Made by a program: the position numbers and the translations under genes. From contig NZ_JBMLSD010000409.1 in NCBI RefSeq assembly GCF_049240685.1, positions 32-64,031 of the forward strand: a stretch of 64,000 nucleotides of DNA, in the 5' to 3' direction. Shown here one piece after another: positions 18,195-27,935 of this stretch. This DNA comes from Flectobacillus sp. GTDB taxonomy: Bacteria > Bacteroidota > Bacteroidia > Cytophagales > Spirosomataceae. The notes under the pieces are model-generated. The model saw nothing but the letters and a program-made list of their open reading frames with translations. It had not been told where the DNA came from and ran no database searches. Position 1 is the first letter of the stretch. Every line of letters begins with the position of its first letter.

Positions 18195-21100
18195 CTACGC
18201 CACTTCAGTATTCTGAATAATTGTTTCTAACAAAGTGATGATTTTAGCAGATGTTTGTTCATCGAAGACGCCCATTATGCCGCTTGTGTTTATATCAGTA
18301 AATGGTGAGTCGAATAGTTTTGCTGGTTCGATAATCCCTTTGACGTTCAGAAAATTGATAATAGTATCTATGAATCTAATTTGCTGTGAATTAAGCGTTT
18401 GATTATTCAATATCTCGCCAAATGCTAGTTTGGCAGCATTGATATCCAAGCCTACTATTCCTCTGATGAAGCGGCCTAGTGGTTGCTCTCCATACACTTT
18501 AATAAACTCTTCTCTAGTGCCTAAGTTTCCTTGTTCAAACAGTAGGTGCTCCAATGCGTTTAACTCGCTTTGGGTGATAGGCACATTGTTACGAAGCTTA
18601 TGAATCGTTAAGTTATTACTTTGAGATTTAAGATATTGCTCTACTTTACGCTTGTAGGTATCCAAATCATTAAAGTTATAAACCAATGGTTGCTCTTTGA
18701 TGCCAGATTCTATCACTTCATCTTGATAAGAGGAGTAATAAATGGGCGTTTTCTCCTTTTCCAAAAACTTCATCAATTCACGAAGTTCTAGCCTTACTTT
18801 TTCTAGATCAGGAATAGACACACGTTCCCAAAATGACTTTTCTTGAAGATCATGAATAAGCTCTTTTCGTTGTGCTACCGACGGGATTGTTAGCTTTTTG
18901 CTTAGCTTCTTGGCTGTTATTACCACATTTTGAATAATTCCAAGCTGTCTTTTCTCTCCCTTGAGTATGCTCAATTGCAAATCGAGCATAATGGCATCAA
19001 AACGTTTTGCTTGTTCATCTTGCTCTATTTCTGTAATCAATGGTGCTATGTGATCAAATATCTCTTTGATATTCAAATCGGTAAGAGTATTCCACTGACT
19101 AGCATCTTGATATTTCTCTACTATTTCCCAATGCTGACGTACTAGGAAACTTTGCATGTTGAGTGCTTGTACTTGCCTTACTAAATAGGATATTAATTCT
19201 TGAGCATATTTTTTTAACTCAGGAGCTTCTTGCGCTTCTAATAACAAAGAGAGTTTTAACCGTAATTCAAATAAGCGTTGACTCAAAGATTTGCCTGTTT
19301 CGGTTTCAAAACCTCTCGGGTTATCATTGAAGAACTCTATATTTTCGCAAAAGTCGAATATGACAAATTCCTTTTTATCTTCATCAACGCCAAATAAGTT
19401 TTTACAAAGACGGGTACCTCTACCAATCATTTGCCAGTACTTTGTACGACTTCTGATAGGCTTAAAAAATACCAAGTTACACACTTCTGGCACGTCAATG
19501 CCTGTATCGAGCATATCAACTGATACCGCAATTTGTGGCATTTTGGCTTTGTCTTTAAACTTGTTTAAGAGGTCATATTTATATTCCTCCTGATAGTCTA
19601 TAACTTTCAGAAAATCACCCTTATACTCTGGATATTGCTTATTAAAACGTTCTTCGATAAACTTGGCGTGCAGGTGCGATCTGGCAAAAATAATGCTTTT
19701 TGCAAGTTTGTCTCCACCTTCTACTTTGATACCGTTTTGCATCAAATGTCCAATAACTTTATCAACTGTATCGGTATTGAATAACCAGGTGTTAAGAGCT
19801 GCGGCATCTATTTCTTCAGGAAAGTCTCCTGTCAATGGGTTACTAAATTGCTCTTCGTACATCAGCTTTTCGGCTTCACTCAACTCTGCATATTTAATGC
19901 CTTTTCGCTGAAACTTAATAGGTACTGAAATAGCTTTAGGTGGTACCAAAAACTGGTCATTTACTGCTTGTTCCAGTTCGTAGGCGTAGGTTGGGTTATT
20001 GGGTTCCATATCAAACAACCCATAAGTATCTTTATCACCATGCGAGCGTGGTGTTGCAGTTAAACCAATTCTGATACCGTCAAAATACTTAAATATATGC
20101 TTATAGCGATTATAGACCGAACGGTGAATTTCATCAAAAATAATCAGGTCAAAATGACCGATGCCATACATACGATTGTCGCCGTCGGCTTCGCCATCAA
20201 TCATGTTAATCATGGTTTGATAGGTCGAAAATACGATTCGGCTGCTGTCATCTTCTTTCTCTTTTGTTAAATCTACCGTTGGAAGATGGGGCAAATAATC
20301 ATTCAAATTGACTTTTGCTTGATGTACAAGAGCATTTCTATCTGCCAAAAACAATACTCTTTTTATCCAGCCTGCTTTACTCAAAAAATCAATAATAGAG
20401 GCCGAAACCCTTGTTTTACCTGTACCTGTTGCCATTACAAGCAAGGCTTCTCGCTGATTTCTCTCTAATACTTCAGCAACTTTTCGGATAGCTTCTTGCT
20501 GATAATAACGATCCGTAATAGCTGAGTTAATCGTTTGATTAACAAGACTCTTTCTTAACGTTCTTCGTTGTACGAGTGCCTGTAGTTCGTCCTTGGTATA
20601 GAAACCATAAACCTCTCTTGGGGCATAGTTGAGGTCGTCCCAAAGCCATGTCTGATAACCATTTGAATAGAAAATAACTGGGCGTTGACCATATACTTGC
20701 TGCAAACCATCGGCATAGCATTTGGCTTGATGCTGGCCTACTCGTGGGTCACGTTTGGTACGTTTGGCTTCTACTACGGCCAGAGGTTTACCATCGTCGC
20801 CCCATAAAACGTAATCAACAAAGCCATTACCCAAACTACCGTCGGCTTGGGGCATACAGTTGTGTACTGCAAATTCTCGTACATTAGTACCAGACGGATT
20901 CCAACCTGATTCTGATAGTAATAAATCAATATAGCGCTGGCGTGTAAAAGCTTCATCAGGGTCAACTGCTGGTATAGCCGTAATAATATTTTGCTCCTTG
21001 ATGGCCTTGATACGCTCTAGTTCGGCTTCGAGTTGTTGGAGTTTGCTCTGTTGAGCATGATATGCTTGTTCGAGTTGCTTGAGCTCTTCCTTACTTTTGT

Positions 21101-21533
21101 CTTTTCCGAGTTCTTTGGGCACTAAGGCTTCATCGAAAGGCTTAATGCTGATTCTTTTTTCGTTATATACCTGAACTACCCATGCCAAAAATCCATGCAA
21201 AAGCTTTAGTCCATGCAAGGCATCTTCGGGCTTTAGCCTAATATTCGTATGTACGGCATCGTTACCTTGCTTTCTGATAAGATTGAGCTGCTTAAACTGG
21301 TTGGGAGCTACCAACTGTTTGAATGCTGCATCATGTATCAATGAACTTAGCGAGGTATCATGTGGAAGTACCAAGTCTGGATCATGCTGATAGATCCATC
21401 TTACCCACTCTTCTAAGCTTTTGCGACAAAGCATTGCACAGTAAAGAGGGGCATGATACACATGTTGCTCAGCTTCTTGCGGAGCAGCGGCTAAAGAAGC
21501 CCAAGGAGTAGATATAAACGAAAAATTACTCAT
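18195..21533 (-). CDS. hsdR: Type I restriction enzyme R subunit (DUF4145-like N-terminus, PD-(D/E)xK nuclease, SF2 motor, EcoEI-type C-terminal domain)
   Basis: Nuclease motif FVDYVLW...AVVEAKR. Walker A MATGTGKT, DEIH box (IFDEIHR), LTATP, QMIGRGTR. The ATGA overlaps the hsdS stop. Confidence 0.9.
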   Translation of the reverse strand: MSNFSFISTPWASLAAAPQEAEQHVYHAPLYCAMLCRKSLEEWVRWIYQHDPDLVLPHDTSLSSLIHDAAFKQLVAPNQFKQLNLIRKQGNDAVHTNIRLKPEDALHGLKLLHGFLAWVVQVYNEKRISIKPFDEALVPKELGKDKSKEELKQLEQAYHAQQSKLQQLEAELERIKAIKEQNIITAIPAVDPDEAFTRQRYIDLLLSESGWNPSGTNVREFAVHNCMPQADGSLGNGFVDYVLWGDDGKPLAVVEAKRTKRDPRVGQHQAKCYADGLQQVYGQRPVIFYSNGYQTWLWDDLNYAPREVYGFYTKDELQALVQRRTLRKSLVNQTINSAITDRYYQQEAIRKVAEVLERNQREALLVMATGTGKTRVSASIIDFLSKAGWIKRVLFLADRNALVHQAKVNLNDYLPHLPTVDLTKEKEDDSSRIVFSTYQTMINMIDGEADGDNRMYGIGHFDLIIFDEIHRSVYNRYKHIFKYFDGIRIGLTATPRSHGDKDTYGLFDMEPNNPTYAYELEQAVNDQFLVPPKAISVPIKFQRKGIKYAELSEAEKLMYEEQFSNPLTGDFPEEIDAAALNTWLFNTDTVDKVIGHLMQNGIKVEGGDKLAKSIIFARSHLHAKFIEERFNKQYPEYKGDFLKVIDYQEEYKYDLLNKFKDKAKMPQIAVSVDMLDTGIDVPEVCNLVFFKPIRSRTKYWQMIGRGTRLCKNLFGVDEDKKEFVIFDFCENIEFFNDNPRGFETETGKSLSQRLFELRLKLSLLLEAQEAPELKKYAQELISYLVRQVQALNMQSFLVRQHWEIVEKYQDASQWNTLTDLNIKEIFDHIAPLITEIEQDEQAKRFDAIMLDLQLSILKGEKRQLGIIQNVVITAKKLSKKLTIPSVAQRKELIHDLQEKSFWERVSIPDLEKVRLELRELMKFLEKEKTPIYYSSYQDEVIESGIKEQPLVYNFNDLDTYKRKVEQYLKSQSNNLTIHKLRNNVPITQSELNALEHLLFEQGNLGTREEFIKVYGEQPLGRFIRGIVGLDINAAKLAFGEILNNQTLNSQQIRFIDTIINFLNVKGIIEPAKLFDSPFTDINTSGIMGVFDEQTSAKIITLLETIIQNTEVA

Positions 21534-22675
21534 GCTACTAATTCTCCATTAAATGCTTTTTGTAATAGGGAGTTGAAAAGATTTTCACTTTTAAAGGTTA
21601 TATCCTGACATTGACACTCTATATTTTTCAATACTTCAAGAAAAACGTTTTGTTGTATTATTGGCGGTACAGGGATTACTAATCCTTCTAACACTCCTGT
21701 ATTCATATGAGTAAAGCCATTATCAGAACCAGTCCGAAGCCTTCCGATTTTTTTTCCAAAATACTTCATAAGAGATGTAAAATAGAAAGGATTTATTTGG
21801 TTAGAATCAAGACTAATCTTAATAAGATTTGTACTAATAATTGATTTTGGAATGTCAGTATCAACAACGCACATTTTACCTACAGTTCCAGCCCTAGATA
21901 TAATTATATCTCCATTTTGTGTGGAATATGACTTTAAATCTTGATATTTTTTATCATCTATAAATAAATTACATTGCTTAGAAAACTTGTAATTTATGAT
22001 ATTATCCATGTTCCAAACAGGGATTCCAAAAGTTACAAACTCTTCTCGTTTTAAAGCACTCCCAAATGGTCCACATTTAACAGGAGACTTAAATAGATCC
22101 CCCAACTTCTTCACCTCCCAACCTTTTTCATTTTTAACTGGGTCGCCGAACATGTCGATAAAAATAGCTTGAGCCAACTCATCGTATTTTTTAAGTAGGG
22201 CTTCATCTTTTCGGCGAAGGGCATCCGCTGTATCCAATATCTCAGCAATCCGCTTTTGTATCGGTAGCGGTGGGAGTGGGATTTGAATTGAATCTAATGC
22301 AGATTTTGTTAATTTTCCTCTTGTTGAACCTGTAATAAATTGTGTTAAGTCTTTAGCATTAAGATAATACATCAAATATTTTAAGTCTGACTTACCGTTT
22401 GATGAAAGGACATGAGCGTGATTATTAACCCAACATTTTTCTGAAAAATACACCACACATTTTTGATTTTCGCCCCAACTACCCCCATCTTCTGCAATAC
22501 AAATTATTTCTTCATCAAATAAATATTCATCTACATAATCCATTATATTATTAGCTCCAATATATGGGTACAGTTTTTTCTTAGATATTTTATTTCTCTC
22601 TTGCTCATTTAAGGGCTTTCTCCTATTATCTAAATTAATAGTAATGTCCTTGATTTTAACTTTCTCCCACATCAT
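21530..22675 (-). CDS. hsdS: Type I R-M specificity subunit
   Basis: Two target-recognition halves are separated by the conserved spacer LPPLPIQKRIAEILDTADALRRK. A repeat of it lies at the C-terminus (PVPPIIQQNVF...LLQKAF). Confidence 0.85.
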   Translation of the reverse strand: MMWEKVKIKDITINLDNRRKPLNEQERNKISKKKLYPYIGANNIMDYVDEYLFDEEIICIAEDGGSWGENQKCVVYFSEKCWVNNHAHVLSSNGKSDLKYLMYYLNAKDLTQFITGSTRGKLTKSALDSIQIPLPPLPIQKRIAEILDTADALRRKDEALLKKYDELAQAIFIDMFGDPVKNEKGWEVKKLGDLFKSPVKCGPFGSALKREEFVTFGIPVWNMDNIINYKFSKQCNLFIDDKKYQDLKSYSTQNGDIIISRAGTVGKMCVVDTDIPKSIISTNLIKISLDSNQINPFYFTSLMKYFGKKIGRLRTGSDNGFTHMNTGVLEGLVIPVPPIIQQNVFLEVLKNIECQCQDITFKSENLFNSLLQKAFNGELVA

Positions 22676-22687
22676 ACTTCTAACTAT

Positions 22688-23815
22688 TTAATGATTATAT
22701 TTTGCAATTTCGTTTTTGATAAAAGCCTGTAGGGCTTCTTTGGGTGGTAGTTCTAACAAATATTTAGAAACAAACAGGTGGTTGTCCATGCCTGCGGTGG
22801 CGTATTCTACCAGTGTATGATTTTTATTAGTTACCAACAAAATCCCTACCGTTGGGTTATCGTTGGCTTGCATCACCTGTGCTTTATAGTAGTTTACGTA
22901 GGTGTTTAGTTGTCCAATATTGTGGTGGCTAAACTCTTCTACTTTTAGCTCTACCAGCACATGACATTTGAGAATTCGGTGGTAAAAAACGAGGTCAATA
23001 AAAAAGTACTCGTCCCCAATCAAAATCTTTTTTTGGCGTGCCTCCAAACAAAAGCCATGCCCCATTTCGAGCATAAAATCTTGTAGGTTTTCGAGCAAAG
23101 CAGCTTCCAAATCACTTTCTTCTACGGCATCTTGGTGTTTCAAACCCAAAAACTCAAAAGCATATACCGATTTTACAATCTCTGTAAGATTCGTAGTTTC
23201 TGCTTTGGCGTTAGTTATGGCGCTAAGTTTTTCGGGTTTTGCACTCATATTAGACCGTTCGTAATAGAGGCTATTTATTTGGCGCTTTAGTTCTCGGACA
23301 CTCCAATTACCTTTTATACACTCAAGTTCATAGAAGCTGCGTCTGATGGGGTCATTGATTTTAATTAATAATTCAAAATGTGTATAAGATATTTTACTAG
23401 TAATAAGCTCTCCGTTAAGCTGATAAGCCGATAGTTCAAATTCGGAGGTCGCTGACCTCCGAATTTGTTGAGTGCTGGGCAAAACAATTCCTTTTTCAGA
23501 ATCATAGCTTGCTAAACTCCGAAATGATGGACTTTCAACCACAGTCTGAATCTGAGGGTATATTTGGTAAAATAGCCTAAAGTTTCTGAATGTACGTTCA
23601 TCTAAGCCCTTAATATGCTTACATTTTTGTGCTAAATTTACCAGAAGTTTTTCGCCATATTTTGCACGCTCTTCCCCATTTTGTTCAAATTCCACAATGT
23701 AATAACCAATCAGCCAATTACGTAATGTAAGGCCAATATTAATAGCTTTTGAGGCTTGCTCTTGAAAATACTGATGAGTTTGTTGGATATTATCAACTAA
23801 TAATTCAAATTTCAT
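22688..23815 (-). CDS. DUF1016/YhcG-like PD-(D/E)xK nuclease-fold protein embedded in the hsd operon
   Basis: The C-terminal FFIDLVFYHRILKCHVLVELKVEEFSHHNIGQLNTYVNYY is the characteristic DUF1016 nuclease core. Its start overlaps the hsdM stop by 4 nt. Confidence 0.75.
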   Translation of the reverse strand: MKFELLVDNIQQTHQYFQEQASKAINIGLTLRNWLIGYYIVEFEQNGEERAKYGEKLLVNLAQKCKHIKGLDERTFRNFRLFYQIYPQIQTVVESPSFRSLASYDSEKGIVLPSTQQIRRSATSEFELSAYQLNGELITSKISYTHFELLIKINDPIRRSFYELECIKGNWSVRELKRQINSLYYERSNMSAKPEKLSAITNAKAETTNLTEIVKSVYAFEFLGLKHQDAVEESDLEAALLENLQDFMLEMGHGFCLEARQKKILIGDEYFFIDLVFYHRILKCHVLVELKVEEFSHHNIGQLNTYVNYYKAQVMQANDNPTVGILLVTNKNHTLVEYATAGMDNHLFVSKYLLELPPKEALQAFIKNEIAKYNH

Positions 23816-25275
23816 ACAAGCAGTTGTTTTAATTGTTTCAGCAATTCGGCACGTTCAGCGTCAAGGGCTTCTATTTCGCTAATAATCGTGCTAGGAGCAG
23901 CATAGGTTTTCTGCTCATATACCACCTCTTTGTAACGATTGATACTTAAATCATACTTGTTTTCACGAATTTCGGCCACAGGTACCATAAAACTCTGGTC
24001 GGTACGACTACGAGTACTCTCAGCATCAAGATTATGGTAGCGAGCTACTATATCAGCAATATTATTTGCCTCAACAGGCTGGCGCTTATCGTCGAGGCTA
24101 TAGCCATCGGCTTGCATATCATAAAACCACACGTTTTCGGTACCGCCACTATCGGTTCTTGTAAAGATCAAAATAGCAGTACTTACCCCAGCATAAGGTT
24201 TGAAAACGCCACTTGGCATTGAAATAACAGCCTGTAGCTTTTGATGATCAATAATCTCGGTTCGTATTTGTTGATGAGCTTTACTACTACCAAAAAGAAC
24301 GCCATCAGGAACAATTACAGCCGCACGACCACCCAAAGTCAACCCTTTCAAGATAAGAGCCAAAAATAGTAATTCTGTTTTTTTACTATCAACGACCTTC
24401 AAAATTTTACCATCAACAGCCTCACGGTCGAGACTACCCTTAAAAGGCGGATTGGCCAAGATAAGCGATGCTTTTTCGGTAAAACCTGTATTCGCTTCAC
24501 TCAAGGAGTCCACATCAAAAAGTTGTGGGTTTTCGATACCATGAAGAATCAAGTTCATACCACCAATACGAATCATGGTAGGATCAAACTCCATACCCAT
24601 AAACATGTGATTCTGGAAATGTTCTTTAACCGTATCAGAGTAAAGCTCTGTCGAATAATGCTCACGTATATACTCACCCGCCACAGTCAAAAATCCAGCT
24701 GATCCACAGCTCGGATCACAGATAACATCTTCGAGTGTTGGCTGAGTCATATCCACCATCAACTTAATAATATGGCGAGGCGTGCGGAACTGCCCATTTT
24801 GTCCAGCAGAAGCGATTTTACTGAGCAAATATTCATAGACATCACCTTTTGTATCACGGTCACTCATATCAATATTCGAAAGCATTTCGACCACCTGCGC
24901 CAGCAAGCGAGCCGTAGGAATCATAAACGTAGCACCTTTCATAAACTTACTGAAAGCAGCACTACGATTCCCTACATTACGAAGAAAGTCAAAAACACCC
25001 TTTTCTTTAGTGAAAAGTTTGTGCATCTCTTCAGGATCAATATTTTTGAAACGACTCCAACGCAATTCGTACTCATCTTCGGTATAAATAGGCTCTTCGA
25101 TAGCCGTTCTAAGCAAGTTAGCTTTTTGTTCTTTTTGAGTCTGGAGCTCGTCGAGCCTACGAACAAAAAGCAAATAAGTCATTTGTTCAATAACTGTGAG
25201 AGGGTTTGATAATCCGCCTGTCCAGAACGCTTCCCATACTTTATCAATTTGTGACTTTAATTCTCCAGTAATCAT
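23812..25275 (-). CDS. hsdM: Type I R-M N6-adenine DNA methyltransferase subunit
   Basis: Motif I DPSCGSAGFL and motif IV NPPF (LANPPFKGS), plus an HsdM N-terminal domain. ATG at 25275 (MITGELK) is preferred over the track start at 25305, because a promoter-like box lies inside the longer version. Confidence 0.9.
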   Translation of the reverse strand: MITGELKSQIDKVWEAFWTGGLSNPLTVIEQMTYLLFVRRLDELQTQKEQKANLLRTAIEEPIYTEDEYELRWSRFKNIDPEEMHKLFTKEKGVFDFLRNVGNRSAAFSKFMKGATFMIPTARLLAQVVEMLSNIDMSDRDTKGDVYEYLLSKIASAGQNGQFRTPRHIIKLMVDMTQPTLEDVICDPSCGSAGFLTVAGEYIREHYSTELYSDTVKEHFQNHMFMGMEFDPTMIRIGGMNLILHGIENPQLFDVDSLSEANTGFTEKASLILANPPFKGSLDREAVDGKILKVVDSKKTELLFLALILKGLTLGGRAAVIVPDGVLFGSSKAHQQIRTEIIDHQKLQAVISMPSGVFKPYAGVSTAILIFTRTDSGGTENVWFYDMQADGYSLDDKRQPVEANNIADIVARYHNLDAESTRSRTDQSFMVPVAEIRENKYDLSINRYKEVVYEQKTYAAPSTIISEIEALDAERAELLKQLKQLLV

Positions 25276-25302
25276 GAGGTAATTTTTAAATGAATTTTTT
25301 TG

Positions 25303-25310
25303 CAAATTTA
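25303..25310 (-). promoter_or_regulatory. Bacteroidota -7 promoter box candidate (TAAATTTG) for hsdM
   Basis: The minus-strand sequence TAAATTTG matches TAnnTTTG, about 28 nt upstream of the ATG at 25275. No clear -33 TTTG was found. Confidence 0.4.
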
Positions 25311-25678
25311 GGGTAATCTACCCGTGTTTGAGGTTTATTATTTGATATTACCTCAGTTATTTTAATTGAATATAACTCTTATGGCTCAAATAAACTCCAA
25401 ACGCATAGCTAAAATCCTGTGTTATGAAAACTTTATGCCAAAATGTTATCACATATTTCGAATAATACATTGTGCCCCTTTATTATACTTACACCTTTTA
25501 ACAGCCTTTCTTCATGAAGAATTAGCAAGAACAGTACAAATAAGATTCACTCTCATTTACTTCATTCCTTGCAATGTCAAAATGGCCTTTGGTATATAGT
25601 TTTGTGTTATGTCTCTATTATAAATTGGGCTGTGATAATACAAAATTATTTCTAATCTATGCGCTACACCTGCACAGG

Positions 25679-26692
25679 TTAATTATATTTCTGAAAGAGC
25701 TTATCCAATCGATTCTTAATTTTACTTCTTAAATGCTCAGGAGATAACACTTCTATAACCTCTCCTCGAGATAATATGAGGGTCTCTAATTCGAAATTCA
25801 CTTTAAGTTGAAGCTCAATGATAATATAGTCCTCGTGTCGTTCCAATACTTTTTGGGATCCATGAAATGGTTTTGTCTCAATATATGGCCATGTTTGTAT
25901 ATCTATTTTTAAAACAATTTTCTCTACCTCTATCCCATCAACTGTCACACCAATTGCATCCTCAAAATATTCCTCAAAGTCTATAGTTTCATTAGCTATG
26001 TATGGATTATTGCTTTCCATAAAATGTAGAATTCTGTCTAGAGCCAGATGAGAAGGTTTTTGATATTGTGGATTGAACCCTATTAAGAACCACCGATTAC
26101 TATATTGTTTAAGATAGTATGGGTGTATTTCCATTACCATAGCCTCAACTTTTTTGAAGTTCTGATAATGTATTGTCAGTGTTTTTTTATACAAGATTGC
26201 ATTAAATAGATCCCCAAAGAATTCCAGTCCTTTTAAATACTGGTTTTGTTCGAACCCAACAATAGAGGATGCGCTACTAATATTCAAATTCGTAAATGTT
26301 GATTCCAATCTCACTAATATTTCTTCAATCCATTCAAACTGAGGCATTCCTTTGAATCGTGATAAAATAGATAACGTTTCCTTCAGTTTTCCTAACTCAG
26401 ACTCGTTGATAGCCTGCTTCTTTATCGAGAAGTTTTTGTCAGAGTATCGATAAAATACACGTTTACCGTCTTTATGTCTTTCCAGAGGTATATCCCAACC
26501 TTGTTCACTTTCCATAAACCTAATATCATCGAAAATCTGTCTTCGTTTTATACCATCCGAAATTCCACAGAATTCTACAAGCTCATTATTACAAGCCTCA
26601 ATTAAGTCTTCAATAAAGTATCTGCGATTGAAATTTGAAAAGCATTTATCAAGTGCATGATATCGAATAGTTGCGTGTTTATTGGTGGCCAT
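25679..26692 (-). CDS. wHTH + WYL-domain transcriptional regulator (BrxR/CapW-like position at the head of the defence island)
   Basis: The N-terminus ATIRYHALDKCF is typical of the HTH part. The WYL-like core is HPYYLKQYSNRWFLIGFN. ATG at 26692 is preferred over TTG at 26707. Confidence 0.7.
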   Translation of the reverse strand: MATNKHATIRYHALDKCFSNFNRRYFIEDLIEACNNELVEFCGISDGIKRRQIFDDIRFMESEQGWDIPLERHKDGKRVFYRYSDKNFSIKKQAINESELGKLKETLSILSRFKGMPQFEWIEEILVRLESTFTNLNISSASSIVGFEQNQYLKGLEFFGDLFNAILYKKTLTIHYQNFKKVEAMVMEIHPYYLKQYSNRWFLIGFNPQYQKPSHLALDRILHFMESNNPYIANETIDFEEYFEDAIGVTVDGIEVEKIVLKIDIQTWPYIETKPFHGSQKVLERHEDYIIIELQLKVNFELETLILSRGEVIEVLSPEHLRSKIKNRLDKLFQKYN

Positions 26693-26912
26693 ACAAAAAA
26701 TAATCAATCCCTAAATAGTACCTATGTAAGCCATAATTTAAGAAATATTATTTCCAAATCTATCCTAGTAATTTGAGAAAGGGTAAAATGTTCAAAAATC
26801 AATAGTTTCAAATTTCAGAAACTATGTTTATTGGTACAAGTATTCTATACAACTAATAGCATTTACTGTAGGTATTTTTATACAATGTTATTTTGTACCT
26901 CTTAAAGAGCGT

Positions 26913-27100
26913 TTTATGATTTCGTTCGTCCACACATATCTCTGGGTAGTATGAGTCCTGTTATGATAGAGTAAAAAACAAAACACCCATCTTGGGCTGA
27001 CTGTGGTGGAACCTGTCTCAGCCCAAGATGGGTTAAAAACATAGTCGAAGCAGACAGATTATGTATATTTATATCTGTACTAAAAATGGGAAGCTGACAG
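26913..27100 (+). repeat. Left copy of a ~188-bp repeat (inverted relative to 29924-30112)
   Basis: It aligns end to end with the reverse complement of 29924-30112. It contains a 16-bp perfect hairpin, ACCCATCTTGGGCTGA (26985-27000) with TCAGCCCAAGATGGGT (27018-27033). Confidence 0.85.
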
Positions 27101-27412
27101 AAGCGCTTAAAATTGAGTTATTAATGACTACAGATACGCTTTTGAGAGAGGCATAAATATCCCTTCAGGAAGGGCAATAGCTAGGGCTAATATGCTGTTT
27201 TTTTCACACTGAAACGTAGATGTTTTTACAAGTTGTAAACTAAACCTGTCTTTAGTATGTGTTAGTTGGTAGCTTTAACACCTCAGGTATTTACTCGTTT
27301 CATGTTCGAAAAATTAAGTAGTGTCCCTATCATTTCAAGGGCTTTTCTGTAAGCCTTTGAAAATTGGCGATTTTAGTTTAAACATTATATTTTGTTAACA
27401 GGCACATAAGAC

Positions 27413-27460
27413 AAAACAACCCCTAAAATTGCCATTATTGACATATTTTGGGGTTGTTTT
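27413..27460. terminator. Hairpin downstream of the 129-aa lipoprotein gene
   Basis: AAAACAACCCC(T)AAAAT ... ATTTTGGGGTTGTTTT, with an 11-bp perfect core stem. Confidence 0.45.
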
Positions 27461-27541
27461 ATTTGTAATATACTAATTTTTAAATACTGATATCATTCAA
27501 GATGCGCTCATCTTTCAAACTAATAGCTCGAGTGCTATTAG

Positions 27542-27931
27542 TTATTTCCAGCTCACTGCAACTCCTTTGATATTAAAATCTGTAACGTCAAGTCTAATGA
27601 CAGCGTTGGCTCCATAATTTGCTGCCAATTTTTTTAAGATAATCAAATTTTTATTTGCTGCATCTGAATCATTATTACTTCTTGTTCTAACATATATGAT
27701 TCCTATTTCATGATAAGGTCTTGCTGGTAGCTGTGTAATATATAACTGTACAGAATCTGCTGAAGTAGCTTGGTAATATCCCCCCGAACTTAATGGAATA
27801 AAAGAATCAGGAAATAATTGATTACTACAGCTCACTCCTCCAGTAGCTAGAAATATAAATAGGGATATTAATTTAGCTTTATAGCATTTTACGCTACTAA
27901 TAAATTGAAAATAATTTGATAAGTTTTCCAT
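27542..27931 (-). CDS. Hypothetical lipoprotein
   Basis: Signal/lipobox-like LFIFLATGGVSC. The C-terminal LKKLAANYGANAVIRLDV...GVAVSW is faintly YbjQ/DUF1471-like. Function is unknown. Confidence 0.45.
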   Translation of the reverse strand: MENLSNYFQFISSVKCYKAKLISLFIFLATGGVSCSNQLFPDSFIPLSSGGYYQATSADSVQLYITQLPARPYHEIGIIYVRTRSNNDSDAANKNLIILKKLAANYGANAVIRLDVTDFNIKGVAVSWK

Positions 27932-27935
27932 GGCT

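Noticed and set aside
25366-25599. 77-aa ORF in the WYL-hsdM intergenic region
   Set aside because: No recognisable motif and an odd composition. It lies on the strand opposite the operon, in a probable promoter/operator region. Treated as non-coding.
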